From Pararhodobacter sp. (lineage in GTDB: Bacteria; Pseudomonadota; Alphaproteobacteria; Rhodobacterales; Rhodobacteraceae), in assembly GCA_046295695.1 (NCBI GenBank), contig JBKBMS010000001.1:208712-272711 (forward strand): a stretch of DNA of 64,000 bases, read 5' to 3'. Both the position numbers and the translations under genes were made by a program. Positions 1 to 10,452 of the stretch are shown here, piece by piece (the first letter of the stretch is position 1; each line of letters opens with the position of its first letter). Below the pieces are notes generated by a model. The model was not told where the DNA came from. It worked only from the letters and a program-made list of their open reading frames with translations, and made no database searches.

Positions 1-993
<993 letters not shown>

Positions 994-1009
994 TCAGGAG
1001 GAAACGAGC

Positions 1010-1414
1010 GTGAGCGAGCAACCGACCGACGATTGGTATTCCGACGACCAGGCAACGCTGGGTGACCGTCTGGCCGCGGCCCGCGAAGCAGCGGGCCTGA
1101 GCCAGTCAGCACTGGCGGGGCGGCTGGGGGTGCGGCTGAAGACCCTGCGCGGCTGGGAAAACGATCTGGCCGAGCCTCGCGCGAACCGTCTGCAGATGCT
1201 GGCGGCGATGCTGGGGGTTTCGCTGCGCTGGCTCCTGACCGGCGAGGGCGACGGCGTGGCGCCGCCGATCACCGACGAGCAGACGCGTGACCAGAGCCTG
1301 CAGCGCACGCTCGCCGATCTGCGCCGCTTGCGCGCCGAGGCGCTGTCGATGAGCGAACGGCTGGGCCGGCTGGAAAAACGGCTGCGCGATTATGCCGGTG
1401 GTGCAAATGGCTGA
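1010..1414 (+). CDS. XRE-family helix-turn-helix protein with C-terminal coiled coil
   Basis: LGDRLAAAREAAGLSQSALAGRLGVRLKTLRGWENDLAEPRANRL is an HTH_3 pattern. AGGAGG precedes GTG at 1010 (alternative ATG at 983). Confidence 0.88.
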   Translation: MSEQPTDDWYSDDQATLGDRLAAAREAAGLSQSALAGRLGVRLKTLRGWENDLAEPRANRLQMLAAMLGVSLRWLLTGEGDGVAPPITDEQTRDQSLQRTLADLRRLRAEALSMSERLGRLEKRLRDYAGGANG

Positions 1415-1718
1415 GGCGGTGGCGGATGCTGCCGCGGACACGGTGCTCAAGCGCATGCGGATGCGTGCGTGGCGGCGTGGAACCAAGGAGATGGACCTGA
1501 TCCTCGGCCCCTTTGCCGACGAGGTTCTGCCCGCGCTCGACATGCCGCTGCGCGATGCTTTCGAGGCCCTGCTGGCCGAAAATGACCATGATCTCTATGG
1601 CTGGATCACGGCGCGCATCGGCGGGGCGGCGCAAGCGGGCGAAACGGGCCCGGCGCATTATGCCCCGCTGCTGGAACGCATTGCCCGGCATGCCGAAGGG
1701 CGGATCGCGGCGGGCTGA
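1407..1718 (+). CDS. sdhE: Succinate dehydrogenase flavinylation/assembly factor (SdhE/Sdh5)
   Basis: KRMRMRAWRRGTKEMDLILGPFA contains the RGxxE motif, plus LLAENDHDLYGWI. Overlaps the upstream stop. Confidence 0.9.
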   Translation: MAEAVADAAADTVLKRMRMRAWRRGTKEMDLILGPFADEVLPALDMPLRDAFEALLAENDHDLYGWITARIGGAAQAGETGPAHYAPLLERIARHAEGRIAAG

Positions 1719-1800
1719 GGCCGGGTTTGCGACAATTCGCGCCGCGCGCCTGCCCCATGCCACAGGGGAAACCACAGGGGAAGGCGCGCCCATTTCAGCG

Positions 1801-2730
1801 CTATTTCGTGGCGCCGGGCTGTTCGCCCCCCTCGATGATCCAGTTGGCGGCGAAGCTGGCCTGACAAAGCGCATCGCCATAGGTGCCGACCCAGACATCA
1901 TAGCGTCCGGGCACGGCCTCGGCGAAGGCGATCATCGGGTCCAGCCCGTCATGGTCGTCGTTGAAATGCCACCCCTGCACAGGGTCATTGACCAGCATCA
2001 GCGTATCGCATTCGCCGCGCGCGGCCAGTTCCAGCCGGCCAACCGTATCCTGTGCGTCGATATGGATGGTGAAATCAGGCGCTTGCGCAACATGGCCATG
2101 CCCGCCGGTGCCGCAGGCATTGGCAAAGAGGTTGATCTGCCCGCCGGCCACGACATCGCGGATCTCGGCGCTGCCGGGGGTCAGGCGCATCTCGGCGCCG
2201 CCAAGGCTCCAGTCAGGGCAGGTGGGGGGCGGACCGGGAGGGAAGGTTTCAAGCACCAGCGTCGCCGGGCATGCCTGCGACCCGAAGGTGCCGACCCAGA
2301 TGTCATAGATGCCCGAAGGCGCGGCAGCCAGACGGATGCGCGGATCGAGCGTGCCGTCCGCATCGTCATTGAAATGCCAGCCTGCGCCGGCATCGTTGAC
2401 CAGCATCAGCGTATCGCATTCGCCGCTGACACGGAAATCGAGGTCGCGCCCAAACCCGCGGTCATCGTAATGCAGGGTGAAGCTGGGAGCGAGGGTCAGG
2501 TTGCCATAGCCCGGCACGCTGGCGCATTGTGACAGGTCGAGCACGCCGCCCGCGGTGAGCGGAAAGCTCTGGGGTGTCCAGACGGTTTCGGCATCCTGCC
2601 GGATGACGATCCCGTCGATACGCCAGTCGGGGCAGTCTGCCGCCGCCGCCGGCAGCGCAACGCCGCCAGCCACAAACAGACCGAACAGCACGGCGCCCGT
2701 ACGGTGCGAAAGATTGGAAAGTAGCCTCAT
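1801..2730 (-). CDS. Secreted protein with two tandem copies of a ~130-aa 4-Cys domain (PPC-like)
   Basis: N-terminal signal peptide. Two repeats of CPDW...C...APxFT...CDTLMLVND...WHFNDD...DP...YDxWVGT...C joined by a PPGPPP linker. Confidence 0.75.
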   Translation of the reverse strand: MRLLSNLSHRTGAVLFGLFVAGGVALPAAAADCPDWRIDGIVIRQDAETVWTPQSFPLTAGGVLDLSQCASVPGYGNLTLAPSFTLHYDDRGFGRDLDFRVSGECDTLMLVNDAGAGWHFNDDADGTLDPRIRLAAAPSGIYDIWVGTFGSQACPATLVLETFPPGPPPTCPDWSLGGAEMRLTPGSAEIRDVVAGGQINLFANACGTGGHGHVAQAPDFTIHIDAQDTVGRLELAARGECDTLMLVNDPVQGWHFNDDHDGLDPMIAFAEAVPGRYDVWVGTYGDALCQASFAANWIIEGGEQPGATK

Positions 2731-2856
2731 CGGTTCCCCCTTGGACTGCTTGGGCCAGGGCCATGCCCCTGCCGTCCGAGCATGGCCTGCGCCCGGAGAC
2801 AGGGGCTAGCGGAGACAAGGCGGCGAAAGCAGGATACCGCGCCGCCTTGAAAGGCT

Positions 2857-3315
2857 TCAGAAGGTCTCGACGATCAGTCGAGCCGAGCAGGTCGCGCTGT
2901 CAAATGTGCCAACCCAGATATCGTATACGCCTTCAGGCGCGCGCTCAATGCGGATGCGCGGATCAACGCCGGTGTCGTCATCATTGAAATGCCATCCCGC
3001 GCGCGCGTCATTGACCAGCAGCAGCGTATCACAATTGCCTTCGACGCGGAACTCCAGCGCCCGGCCGGCGCCATTGGCAGTGAAGTTGAGGGTGAAGTCC
3101 GGGGCGGTGGCAACATGGCCATAGCCGGGCATTGAACAACCGCCCAGATTGACCGGGCCACCGGCAATGACGTTGTGGGCGCGCGGCGTCCAGGCGGCAT
3201 CGGAGGAATAGCTGAGAACCTGCCCATTCAGTCCGTAATCGGGGCAGGCATGGGCGGCCAGCGGCAGGGCCATGGCAAGGGTTGCGGCAAGCGCGGTACG
3301 TATGACGATGTTCAT
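2857..3315 (-). CDS. Secreted single-domain paralogue of the same 4-Cys PPC-like domain
   Basis: GGAG RBS before ATG at 3315. Signal peptide ending AHA, then CPDY...CDTLLLVND...WHFNDD..DPRIR...YDIWVGTF. Confidence 0.78.
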   Translation of the reverse strand: MNIVIRTALAATLAMALPLAAHACPDYGLNGQVLSYSSDAAWTPRAHNVIAGGPVNLGGCSMPGYGHVATAPDFTLNFTANGAGRALEFRVEGNCDTLLLVNDARAGWHFNDDDTGVDPRIRIERAPEGVYDIWVGTFDSATCSARLIVETF

Positions 3316-3480
3316 GGGAACTCCAGGGTTGAACGGCGCGATCATGCGCACGATTCGACCAACCGGTCAATCGACAAACCCGGCGAAAATGTGACTGTTT
3401 TCGGTAGGTTGGGGCGCTTAACCGGTTGTTTGCCTTTCTCCGTCACTGTGGCTGTCACAAAATATGGTCCGGAGACAGAG

Positions 3481-4062
3481 ATGAGCTTTCATGCGCGGAT
3501 GAGCCCCCTGGGAAAGGCGTCTGATCGCGAGGGGAACGCCCCTGCTGCCGCAGCGCATGGCACTGCGGCCGCCATGCCCGCCGCCGATGACGTCGCGGTG
3601 CCCGAACTGCTGCCCGAATACCTCGAAAACCTGATGCTGGTGGAACGCATGCACCGGTTGTTGCTGGATGTCATCAAGGATGAATTCGAGCGGCTGGGGA
3701 TATTGAACATCAATGCGGTGCAGGCGCTGCTGCTGTTCAACATCGGCACCAATGAGGTGACGGCGGGCGAGTTGAAAAGCCGTGGCTATTACCAGGGCTC
3801 GAATGTCTCATACAATCTCAAGAAACTGGTCGAGCTGGGCTATATGCACCACCAGCGCTGCGAGATTGACAGGCGCTCGGTCCGGGTGCGGTTGACGCCG
3901 CAGGGGCACGAGATCCGCGATGTGGTCAGCGCGTTGTTCGAGCGCCACGCGGATCTGCTGCGGGCGCGCGATATCGCCGACAGCGATGCGCTGGGTGATC
4001 TGAACATCGCCCTGCGGCGCATGGAGCGTTTCTGGAGCGAACAGATCCGCTATATCTACTGA
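3481..4062 (+). CDS. MarR-family regulator, LdtR-like
   Basis: ERMHRLLLDVIKDEFERLG..INAVQALLLFNIG..ELKSRGYYQGSNVSYNLKKLVELGYMHHQRCEIDRRSVRVRLT matches the conserved alphaproteobacterial MarR (LdtR) family as I recall it. Confidence 0.88.
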   Translation: MSFHARMSPLGKASDREGNAPAAAAHGTAAAMPAADDVAVPELLPEYLENLMLVERMHRLLLDVIKDEFERLGILNINAVQALLLFNIGTNEVTAGELKSRGYYQGSNVSYNLKKLVELGYMHHQRCEIDRRSVRVRLTPQGHEIRDVVSALFERHADLLRARDIADSDALGDLNIALRRMERFWSEQIRYIY

Positions 4063-4223
4063 CGCCATTGCTGGCCCCGCGGGGCAGGTGCCGCCGGCTG
4101 CTGCCATGGTCAGCCGGGTAGCTGACGGGCCGCTGGCAACGGCATGCGGGGTCAGGCCGGGGGGCTTGGTGCCCTTGCACCACGGGTGCCTCACCCGCGC
4201 GATACTCCCGATACAGGCCCGCG

Positions 4224-4248
4224 CCGGATGCGTGGCGGGTGCATCCGG
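4224..4248. terminator. Hairpin between convergent marR and lipA
   Basis: CCGGATGC-N9-GCATCCGG inverted repeat just past the lipA stop. No clear U tract. Confidence 0.45.
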
Positions 4249-4251
4249 GGG

Positions 4252-5199
4252 TCAGCGTGCCAGACGGGCGAGGCGCGCTGCGCGCAGACGGGCGAAATCA
4301 TCGCCGGCATGGTAACTGGAACGCGTGAGCGGCGTGGCTGAAACCATCAGGAAGCCCTTGCCATACGCGGCTTTCTCATAGGCGGCAAATTCCTCGGGCG
4401 TGACGAAGCGATCGACGCGATGGTGTTTGGGCGTCGGTTGCAGATACTGCCCGATGGTAAGAAAATCGACATCGGCCGCACGCATGTCGTCCATCACCTG
4501 CAACACGGCTTGCCGGTCCTCGCCAAGGCCGACCATGATGCCGGATTTGGTGAACATGCTCGGGTCAAGCTCCTTGACCCGCTGCAGGATACGCAGGCTG
4601 TGGAAATAGCGCGCACCGGGGCGGACCTGAGGGTAAAGGCCGGGCACCGTTTCAAGATTGTGGTTGAAGACATCAGGGCACGCCGCGACCACGGCTTCCA
4701 GCGCCGAAGGGGCGCATTTGAGGAAATCCGGCGTCAGCACCTCGATCGTGGTGTTCGGGGCACGGTGGCGAATGGCGCGGATGGTCTGGGCAAAATGCTC
4801 GGCGCCGCCGTCGTCGATGTCATCGCGATCGACGGATGTGACGACAACATGGTTCAACCCCAGCTTTTCCACCGCATGGGCAACGCGGCCAGGTTCGAAG
4901 GCATCGAGTGCCTGCGGCTTGCCGGTGGCGACATTGCAGAAGGTGCAGCCGCGGGTGCAGATCTCGCCCATGATCATCATGGTCGCATGCCCCTGGCTCC
5001 AGCACTCGCCGACATTGGGGCAGCCGGCCTCCTCGCAGACGGTGGCGAGGCGGTTTTCGCGCATGATGCGGCGGGTCTCGTTATAGGCCGCGCCACCGGG
5101 TGCCTTGACACGGATCCAGGCGGGCTTCTTGGGCTGCGACTGATCGGCGCGATGTGCCTTTTCGGGGTGGCGCTGGTCAGGCAGTTTCAGATCGCGCAT
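4252..5199 (-). CDS. lipA: Lipoyl synthase
   Basis: [12 protein letters not shown], radical [11 protein letters not shown] and C-terminal RSSYHA motifs. Confidence 0.97.
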   Translation of the reverse strand: MRDLKLPDQRHPEKAHRADQSQPKKPAWIRVKAPGGAAYNETRRIMRENRLATVCEEAGCPNVGECWSQGHATMMIMGEICTRGCTFCNVATGKPQALDAFEPGRVAHAVEKLGLNHVVVTSVDRDDIDDGGAEHFAQTIRAIRHRAPNTTIEVLTPDFLKCAPSALEAVVAACPDVFNHNLETVPGLYPQVRPGARYFHSLRILQRVKELDPSMFTKSGIMVGLGEDRQAVLQVMDDMRAADVDFLTIGQYLQPTPKHHRVDRFVTPEEFAAYEKAAYGKGFLMVSATPLTRSSYHAGDDFARLRAARLARLAR

Positions 5200-5320
5200 C
5201 GGTTCCCCCAGGGCAAGGCACTGAAGGCGATACATAACCCCATCGCCGGGCCTTGGCAATCACACCGCCGCCGCCAGCCCATGCGCCGCGTGCATGGGTT
5301 GCCCTGGCGCGGCCTTGGGC

Positions 5321-6505
5321 TCAGCGCCCCAGCATGCGCATGCCGGCGCTCAGCCCTTCGAGGGTCATGGCGACCATGCGCTGTTCGAAGATCTCGCGGA
5401 TCATGACGATCGAATGCGAATGCGCCCAGTATTTTTCCGGGGTGGGGTTGAGCCACAGATGGTCCGGCCATTGCTGGCGGGCGCGTTCCAGCCAGGTGGC
5501 GCCGGTTTCCTCGTTCCAGTGCTCGTTGGCCCCGCCGACATAGCCGATCTCATAAGGCGACATGTTGGCATCGCCCACGAAGATGCACTTGTAGTCAGCG
5601 CCATAGGTGCGCAGCACATCCCAGGTGGGCGTGCGCTCCGACCAACGCCGCGCATTGTCGCGCCAGACGAATTCATACAGGCAGTTGTGGAAATAGAAAT
5701 ATTCCAGATGCTTGAACTCGGCCTTGGCAGCACTGAAGAGCTCCTCGACGACGCGCACATAGGGGTCCATCGAGCCGCCGACATCAAGAAACAGCAACAC
5801 CTTCACCGCGTTGCGGCGCTCGGGCCGGGTGCGAACATCCAGCCAGCCCTGTTCGGCGGTGGCGCGGATCGTGCCGTCAAGGTCCAGCTCTTCATGCGCT
5901 CCGTCGCGCGCCCAGTGCCGCAGCCGCTTGAGCGCGACCTTGATGTTGCGCGTGCCCAGTTCCACCGAGTCGTCGAGATTGCGGAACTCGCGCTTGTCCC
6001 AGACCTTGACGGCGCGCTGATGCCGGCTCTCGGCCTGACCGATGCGCACCCCTTCGGGATTGTAGCCATAGGCACCGAAGGGCGAGGTGCCGGCGGTGCC
6101 GATCCATTTGTTGCCGCCCTGGTGGCGCTCCTGCTGCTCGGCGAGGCGTTGGCGCAGGGTCTCCATCAACTTCTCAAAGCCCCCCAGCGCCTCGATCTTC
6201 GCGCGTTCCTCATCGCTGAGGTGCTTTTCCGCGAGTTTGGCCAGCCATTCCGCCGGAATGTCCACGGCATCGAGCACGGCCTCGGGGGTGATGGCCTCCA
6301 ACCCTCTGAAACTATGCGAAAAGGCGCGGTCAAAGCGGTCGATATGGCGCTCGTCCTTTACCAGCGTGGTGCGCGCCAGAAAATAGAACCCCTCCGGATC
6401 AAACCGGGCCAGCCCGGCCTGCAACGCCTCAAGAAAGCTGAGGTATTCGCGCAGGCTCACCGGCACCGCATGCTGGCGCAGACTGTCCAGAAAGGGTTGA
6501 AACAT
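5321..6505 (-). CDS. vWA-domain protein (CoxE-like, usual partner of MoxR AAA+ ATPases)
   Basis: MIDAS-like LFLDVGGSM, GTAGTSPFG, CIFVGDANMSPYEI. Confidence 0.85.
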   Translation of the reverse strand: MFQPFLDSLRQHAVPVSLREYLSFLEALQAGLARFDPEGFYFLARTTLVKDERHIDRFDRAFSHSFRGLEAITPEAVLDAVDIPAEWLAKLAEKHLSDEERAKIEALGGFEKLMETLRQRLAEQQERHQGGNKWIGTAGTSPFGAYGYNPEGVRIGQAESRHQRAVKVWDKREFRNLDDSVELGTRNIKVALKRLRHWARDGAHEELDLDGTIRATAEQGWLDVRTRPERRNAVKVLLFLDVGGSMDPYVRVVEELFSAAKAEFKHLEYFYFHNCLYEFVWRDNARRWSERTPTWDVLRTYGADYKCIFVGDANMSPYEIGYVGGANEHWNEETGATWLERARQQWPDHLWLNPTPEKYWAHSHSIVMIREIFEQRMVAMTLEGLSAGMRMLGR

Positions 6506-6516
6506 CGCCCGCGCCC

Positions 6517-6681
6517 TTACAGAAACCGTTCCAGACCGATGGTGGCGAAAGTGCCCAGAATGGCGCCGATGATGCCCCAGACGGCGGCATATTGCGCAAT
6601 GTCAAAGCCGCTGCCGCCACGTTTGCGGGCATGAACCGCGCCCCATGCCGCACCAGAAACGATGCCTGCGATGATGATCAT
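6517..6681 (-). CDS. 54-aa two-helix small membrane protein (below the ORF-track cutoff)
   Basis: Manual translation MIIIAGIVSGAAWGAVHARKRGGSGFDIAQYAAVWGIIGAILGTFATIGLERFL. It fills the gap between the DUF2927 and vWA genes and resembles a conserved Rhodobacteraceae small protein. Confidence 0.8.
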   Translation of the reverse strand: MIIIAGIVSGAAWGAVHARKRGGSGFDIAQYAAVWGIIGAILGTFATIGLERFL

Positions 6682-6723
6682 ACTGTGTCTCCGCGCCCCT
6701 CGGGCTGCTTGTGGGTGTCTGGC

Positions 6724-8124
6724 CTAGCGCCGTGCCAGCCGCAATGCGGCACCGGTCAGCCGGGCGATCTCGTCGATACGCGCGCGTGCCGCCGCCTCGG
6801 AGCCGAAGCCATAGCGCGCCGGCGCCATGCTGTCGAGCCGGATGCGCTGCGCCTCGTCCTCGCGGCCAAGCTGCACGAGCGCCTCGGCACGGATGAAACC
6901 CAACGAGGCCAGCAATGCGGCGTTCTCTGTACGCTGCGCCAGCGGACGGGCGCGGGCCGTCAGATCCAGCACCATGTCATACTGCGCCGAAGCCAGCGCC
7001 TGCACGGCAAGGTTCATGTCCAGATGCGCGGCATGGACCTCGCCGCCGGGAAGCTGGCGGTAGATCTCGGCGGCGGTCAGCAGGGCCAGAAGCGCTGCCT
7101 CGCCCTGATCGCGCGGGGCCAGACGCGCACTGAGCATCAGGCTGAGCGCCATGCGGGCATCGGCCCAGCCCTGCGCGCGCGCCAGGCTCAGGGCGCGCAT
7201 CGCCCCCTCGCGCCGCTGGGCGGCGGTATTGTCGCCCGAAAGCGCCTGTTCGACCGCCAGCACCCAGGCGCGCGGCGAGCGCTGCGGGATCGGCCCCGGC
7301 GAGCGCCGCCCGGCCGGGTTGAGCCGGTTGAAGATCGTCGGCAGGCGCGCGGCGACCTGATCGCGCGTCATGCCGGGTTGCAGATCCGGCGCGTTCCAGA
7401 CGCGCAGTATCAGCATGTCGAAGCCGGTCAGCGTGGTCTGGAAATTGTCATCGTTGAACACGCTGTCGGTCAGTCGAAACAGATCGTTGAGCGGCCCGAG
7501 CGCCTGGCCGATCTCCTCGTGCAGGCAATCGCGGATCTCTTGCGGGGTTGTATCGGCCGGCACGAAGACCGCCGCGCGGGTGCGCAGGGAAACGCGCGTC
7601 CAGTCGATTGCCGGGCTGCGCCGGTTGGCGGTGAAATCATCCCAGCTGGACACATTGGGCACCACGAAACAGGCCGCCGACGGCACGATCGCCCGCATCG
7701 TGCGGCGCGGCACATATTCGACAGTGATCAGGTTTTCGCCGTCGCGCGCGGCATTGTCCGCGGCACGGGTGACCTGGATGCCGGCCTCGTTGCGCAGCCG
7801 CGCCAGCAGGCGGTCCAGGTCGGCCTCGGCGAGCGCGTGCGGGCTGTTGCGCGTGACCACCTTCACTGGCCCTTCGAAGCGCGAGAACTGCGGGATCTCG
7901 CGCCCGCTTTCCATGTAAAAGCCCAGCTCCAGCAGATCGGCGACCATTTCGGCATTGGCCCGCATCGGCGGGATGGGCCTTGGCGTGCCGGGATTATAGA
8001 CGGCCAGCGGCGCCACCGGCGCGGTGCTGCTGCTCAGGCGCTGGGCATCCATGCCCGGTGCGCAGGCTGCCAGGCCCAGCGCGAGCAGGGCGCATCCAAG
8101 CCGGATGAGCGCGCGCCGGCTCAT
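6724..8124 (-). CDS. DUF2927-family lipoprotein
   Basis: Lipobox LAAC. IRDCLHEEIGQALGPLND and SVFNDDN signatures. Confidence 0.85.
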   Translation of the reverse strand: MSRRALIRLGCALLALGLAACAPGMDAQRLSSSTAPVAPLAVYNPGTPRPIPPMRANAEMVADLLELGFYMESGREIPQFSRFEGPVKVVTRNSPHALAEADLDRLLARLRNEAGIQVTRAADNAARDGENLITVEYVPRRTMRAIVPSAACFVVPNVSSWDDFTANRRSPAIDWTRVSLRTRAAVFVPADTTPQEIRDCLHEEIGQALGPLNDLFRLTDSVFNDDNFQTTLTGFDMLILRVWNAPDLQPGMTRDQVAARLPTIFNRLNPAGRRSPGPIPQRSPRAWVLAVEQALSGDNTAAQRREGAMRALSLARAQGWADARMALSLMLSARLAPRDQGEAALLALLTAAEIYRQLPGGEVHAAHLDMNLAVQALASAQYDMVLDLTARARPLAQRTENAALLASLGFIRAEALVQLGREDEAQRIRLDSMAPARYGFGSEAAARARIDEIARLTGAALRLARR

Positions 8125-9137
8125 GCCGCCAGCCTTTGCGCCAGATGCGCCAGGGCGCGGTCATAGTCATCAAGCGTGCCTCCGGGGGCGGCCTCGGACA
8201 GCATGCGCCGCCATTGCCGCGCGCCGGGCTGGCCGGCAAAGAGGCCCAGCATGTGCCGCACCACGCCGATCAGCCGCCCGCCACGCGCCAGATGCGCCGC
8301 GATATGTGGCCGCATCGCATCGGCCACGGCAAACGGGTCGGCTTCGGGGACGGGACGGCCAAAGATGCGCCGGTCCGCCGCGGCCAGAATTGCCGCCGGC
8401 TTGTGATAGGCCGCGCGACCGATCATCACCCCGTCGATACCCTGTGCCAGCAACGCTTCGGCCACATCAAGCGTGTCGACGCCGCCATTGAGGCAGATCA
8501 CCAGATCTGGGAAGGCGCGTTTCATCGCCAGCACCAGCGGATAGTCAAGTGGTGGCACCTCGCGGTTTTCCCTGGGCGAGAGGCCCTTGAGCCAGGCCTT
8601 GCGGGCATGGATGATCACCCTGCGCACCCCGGCGGCGCGCACCACCTCCAGAAACGCCGGCAGCACCTCGGCGGGGTTCTGGTCATCGACGCCGATGCGG
8701 CACTTGACGGTGATCTCGGCCCCGCAGGCGGCGGCCATGGCGCTCAGGCATTCGCCCACCAGCGACGGCTCGCGCAGCAGCACCGCGCCAAAACAGCCCG
8801 ATTGCACGCGATCCGACGGGCAGCCGACATTGAGATTGATCTCGCCATAGCCCTCATCGGCGCCCATCCGTGCCGCCTGCGCCAGTTCCGCCGGCTCCGA
8901 GCCTCCCAGTTGCAAGGCCACCGGCTGTTCGACCGGATCGAAGGCCAGCAGATGGCGCGCACCACCACGCACCAGCGCCGCCGAGGTCACCATCTCGGTA
9001 TAGAGCAGGGTCTCGCGGCTCAGCAACCGGTGAAACACCCGGCAATGCCGGTCCGTCCAGTCCATCATCGGCGCCACGGACAGCCGGTAAGCAGCGGGTT
9101 TCACAGTGCTGGAGAACGTCAAGATCAGGGCTTTCAT
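8121..9137 (-). CDS. dusA: tRNA dihydrouridine(20/20a) synthase
   Basis: LSVAPMMDWTDRHCR, NLNVGCPSDRVQSGCFGA, HARKAWL, GVMIGRAAY. Confidence 0.95.
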   Translation of the reverse strand: MKALILTFSSTVKPAAYRLSVAPMMDWTDRHCRVFHRLLSRETLLYTEMVTSAALVRGGARHLLAFDPVEQPVALQLGGSEPAELAQAARMGADEGYGEINLNVGCPSDRVQSGCFGAVLLREPSLVGECLSAMAAACGAEITVKCRIGVDDQNPAEVLPAFLEVVRAAGVRRVIIHARKAWLKGLSPRENREVPPLDYPLVLAMKRAFPDLVICLNGGVDTLDVAEALLAQGIDGVMIGRAAYHKPAAILAAADRRIFGRPVPEADPFAVADAMRPHIAAHLARGGRLIGVVRHMLGLFAGQPGARQWRRMLSEAAPGGTLDDYDRALAHLAQRLAA

Positions 9138-9356
9138 CTGGTTTTGCCGAAGGATGCCGGGCTGGGCTTCGGGAACTGCGGGGCTGTTACAGATATAGTC
9201 GCGCGGGCGGGCCGCGTCCACTGGCAGCGCGCGCGTGGCCGGCCCTGCGGCCTGTCGCCGCCTTGACATCCGCCCCCCCGCAGATCAGTGACGGAAGCGC
9301 GCATTCCGCCCGCCACACCAACAGGCCACCAGACCAACAGGCCAGGAGCCCGCCCC

Positions 9357-10433
9357 GTGACCACCGATCCCTCATCCAGCCCCCGCCCCGAAAGCACCCC
9401 CGGCTCGCCGCAAAAGACCATCCTGCGCGCGTTGGCCGGCGAGCGCCAGCCGGTGCCGCCGGTCTGGATGATGCGCCAGGCCGGGCGCTACCTGCCCGAA
9501 TACCGCGCCACCCGCGCGCAGGCGGGTGACTTTCTGTCGCTGTGCTACAACCCCGACCTGGCCGCCGAGGTGACGCTGCAACCGATCCGCCGCTACGGCT
9601 TTGACGCGGCGATCCTCTTTGCCGATATCCTGCTGATCCCGCAGGCGCTTGGCGCCGATCTGTGGTTCGTCACCGGCGAGGGTCCGCGGCTTTCGACGAT
9701 CGGCGACCATGCCGGGGTGCGCGCGCTCAAACCGGTAGAGGCGATTCATGAAACCCTCAATCCGGTCTATGAGACATTGCGCATCCTCAGCGCCGAACTG
9801 CCGCGCGAGACCACGCTTATCGGCTTTGCCGGTGCACCCTGGACGGTCGCAACCTACATGATTGCCGGGCGCGGCACCCCCGATCAAGCCCCGGCTCATG
9901 CCATGAAAGCCGCCGAACCCGCGGCTTTCGATGCGCTCATCGAGCGCCTGACGCTGGCCACGATCGAATACCTTTCGGCACAGATCGAGGCCGGTGCCGA
10001 GGTGGTGAAACTCTTTGACAGCTGGGCCGGCTCGCTCAGGGGTGATGACTTCGACCGCTATGCGCTGCACCCGGCCAAACGTATCATCACCGCACTCAAG
10101 GCCCGCCATCCCGCCACCCCTGTCATCGCCTTCCCGCGCGAGGCGGGCGCGCGCTATCAGGGCTTTGCCCGCGCCACGGGTGCCGACTGCGTGGCGCTTG
10201 ACAATTCGGTCAGTGCCGAATGGGCCGCCGGCACGGTTCAGGTCGATGGCTGCGTGCAGGGCAATCTGGCGCCGCACCTGCTGGTCTCCGGCGGGCCGGA
10301 GCTGGAATCCGAAACCCGCCGCATCGCGAAAGCCTTCGGCAACGGGCCGCACATCTTCAATCTTGGCCATGGCATCACCCCCGATGCCGACCCCGACAAT
10401 GTGCACCGCATGCTGTCGGCGCTGCGCGGCTAG
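9357..10433 (+). CDS. hemE: Uroporphyrinogen decarboxylase
   Basis: [46 protein letters not shown] before GTG at 9357. Confidence 0.97.
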   Translation: MTTDPSSSPRPESTPGSPQKTILRALAGERQPVPPVWMMRQAGRYLPEYRATRAQAGDFLSLCYNPDLAAEVTLQPIRRYGFDAAILFADILLIPQALGADLWFVTGEGPRLSTIGDHAGVRALKPVEAIHETLNPVYETLRILSAELPRETTLIGFAGAPWTVATYMIAGRGTPDQAPAHAMKAAEPAAFDALIERLTLATIEYLSAQIEAGAEVVKLFDSWAGSLRGDDFDRYALHPAKRIITALKARHPATPVIAFPREAGARYQGFARATGADCVALDNSVSAEWAAGTVQVDGCVQGNLAPHLLVSGGPELESETRRIAKAFGNGPHIFNLGHGITPDADPDNVHRMLSALRG

Positions 10434-10452
10434 GACGCAGCGCCGGCCCGCG

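Noticed and set aside
4063-4251. Hairpin-rich gap checked for a tRNA or sRNA
   Set aside because: No cloverleaf, T-loop (GTTCGA) or promoter. Consistent with terminator hairpins between convergent genes.
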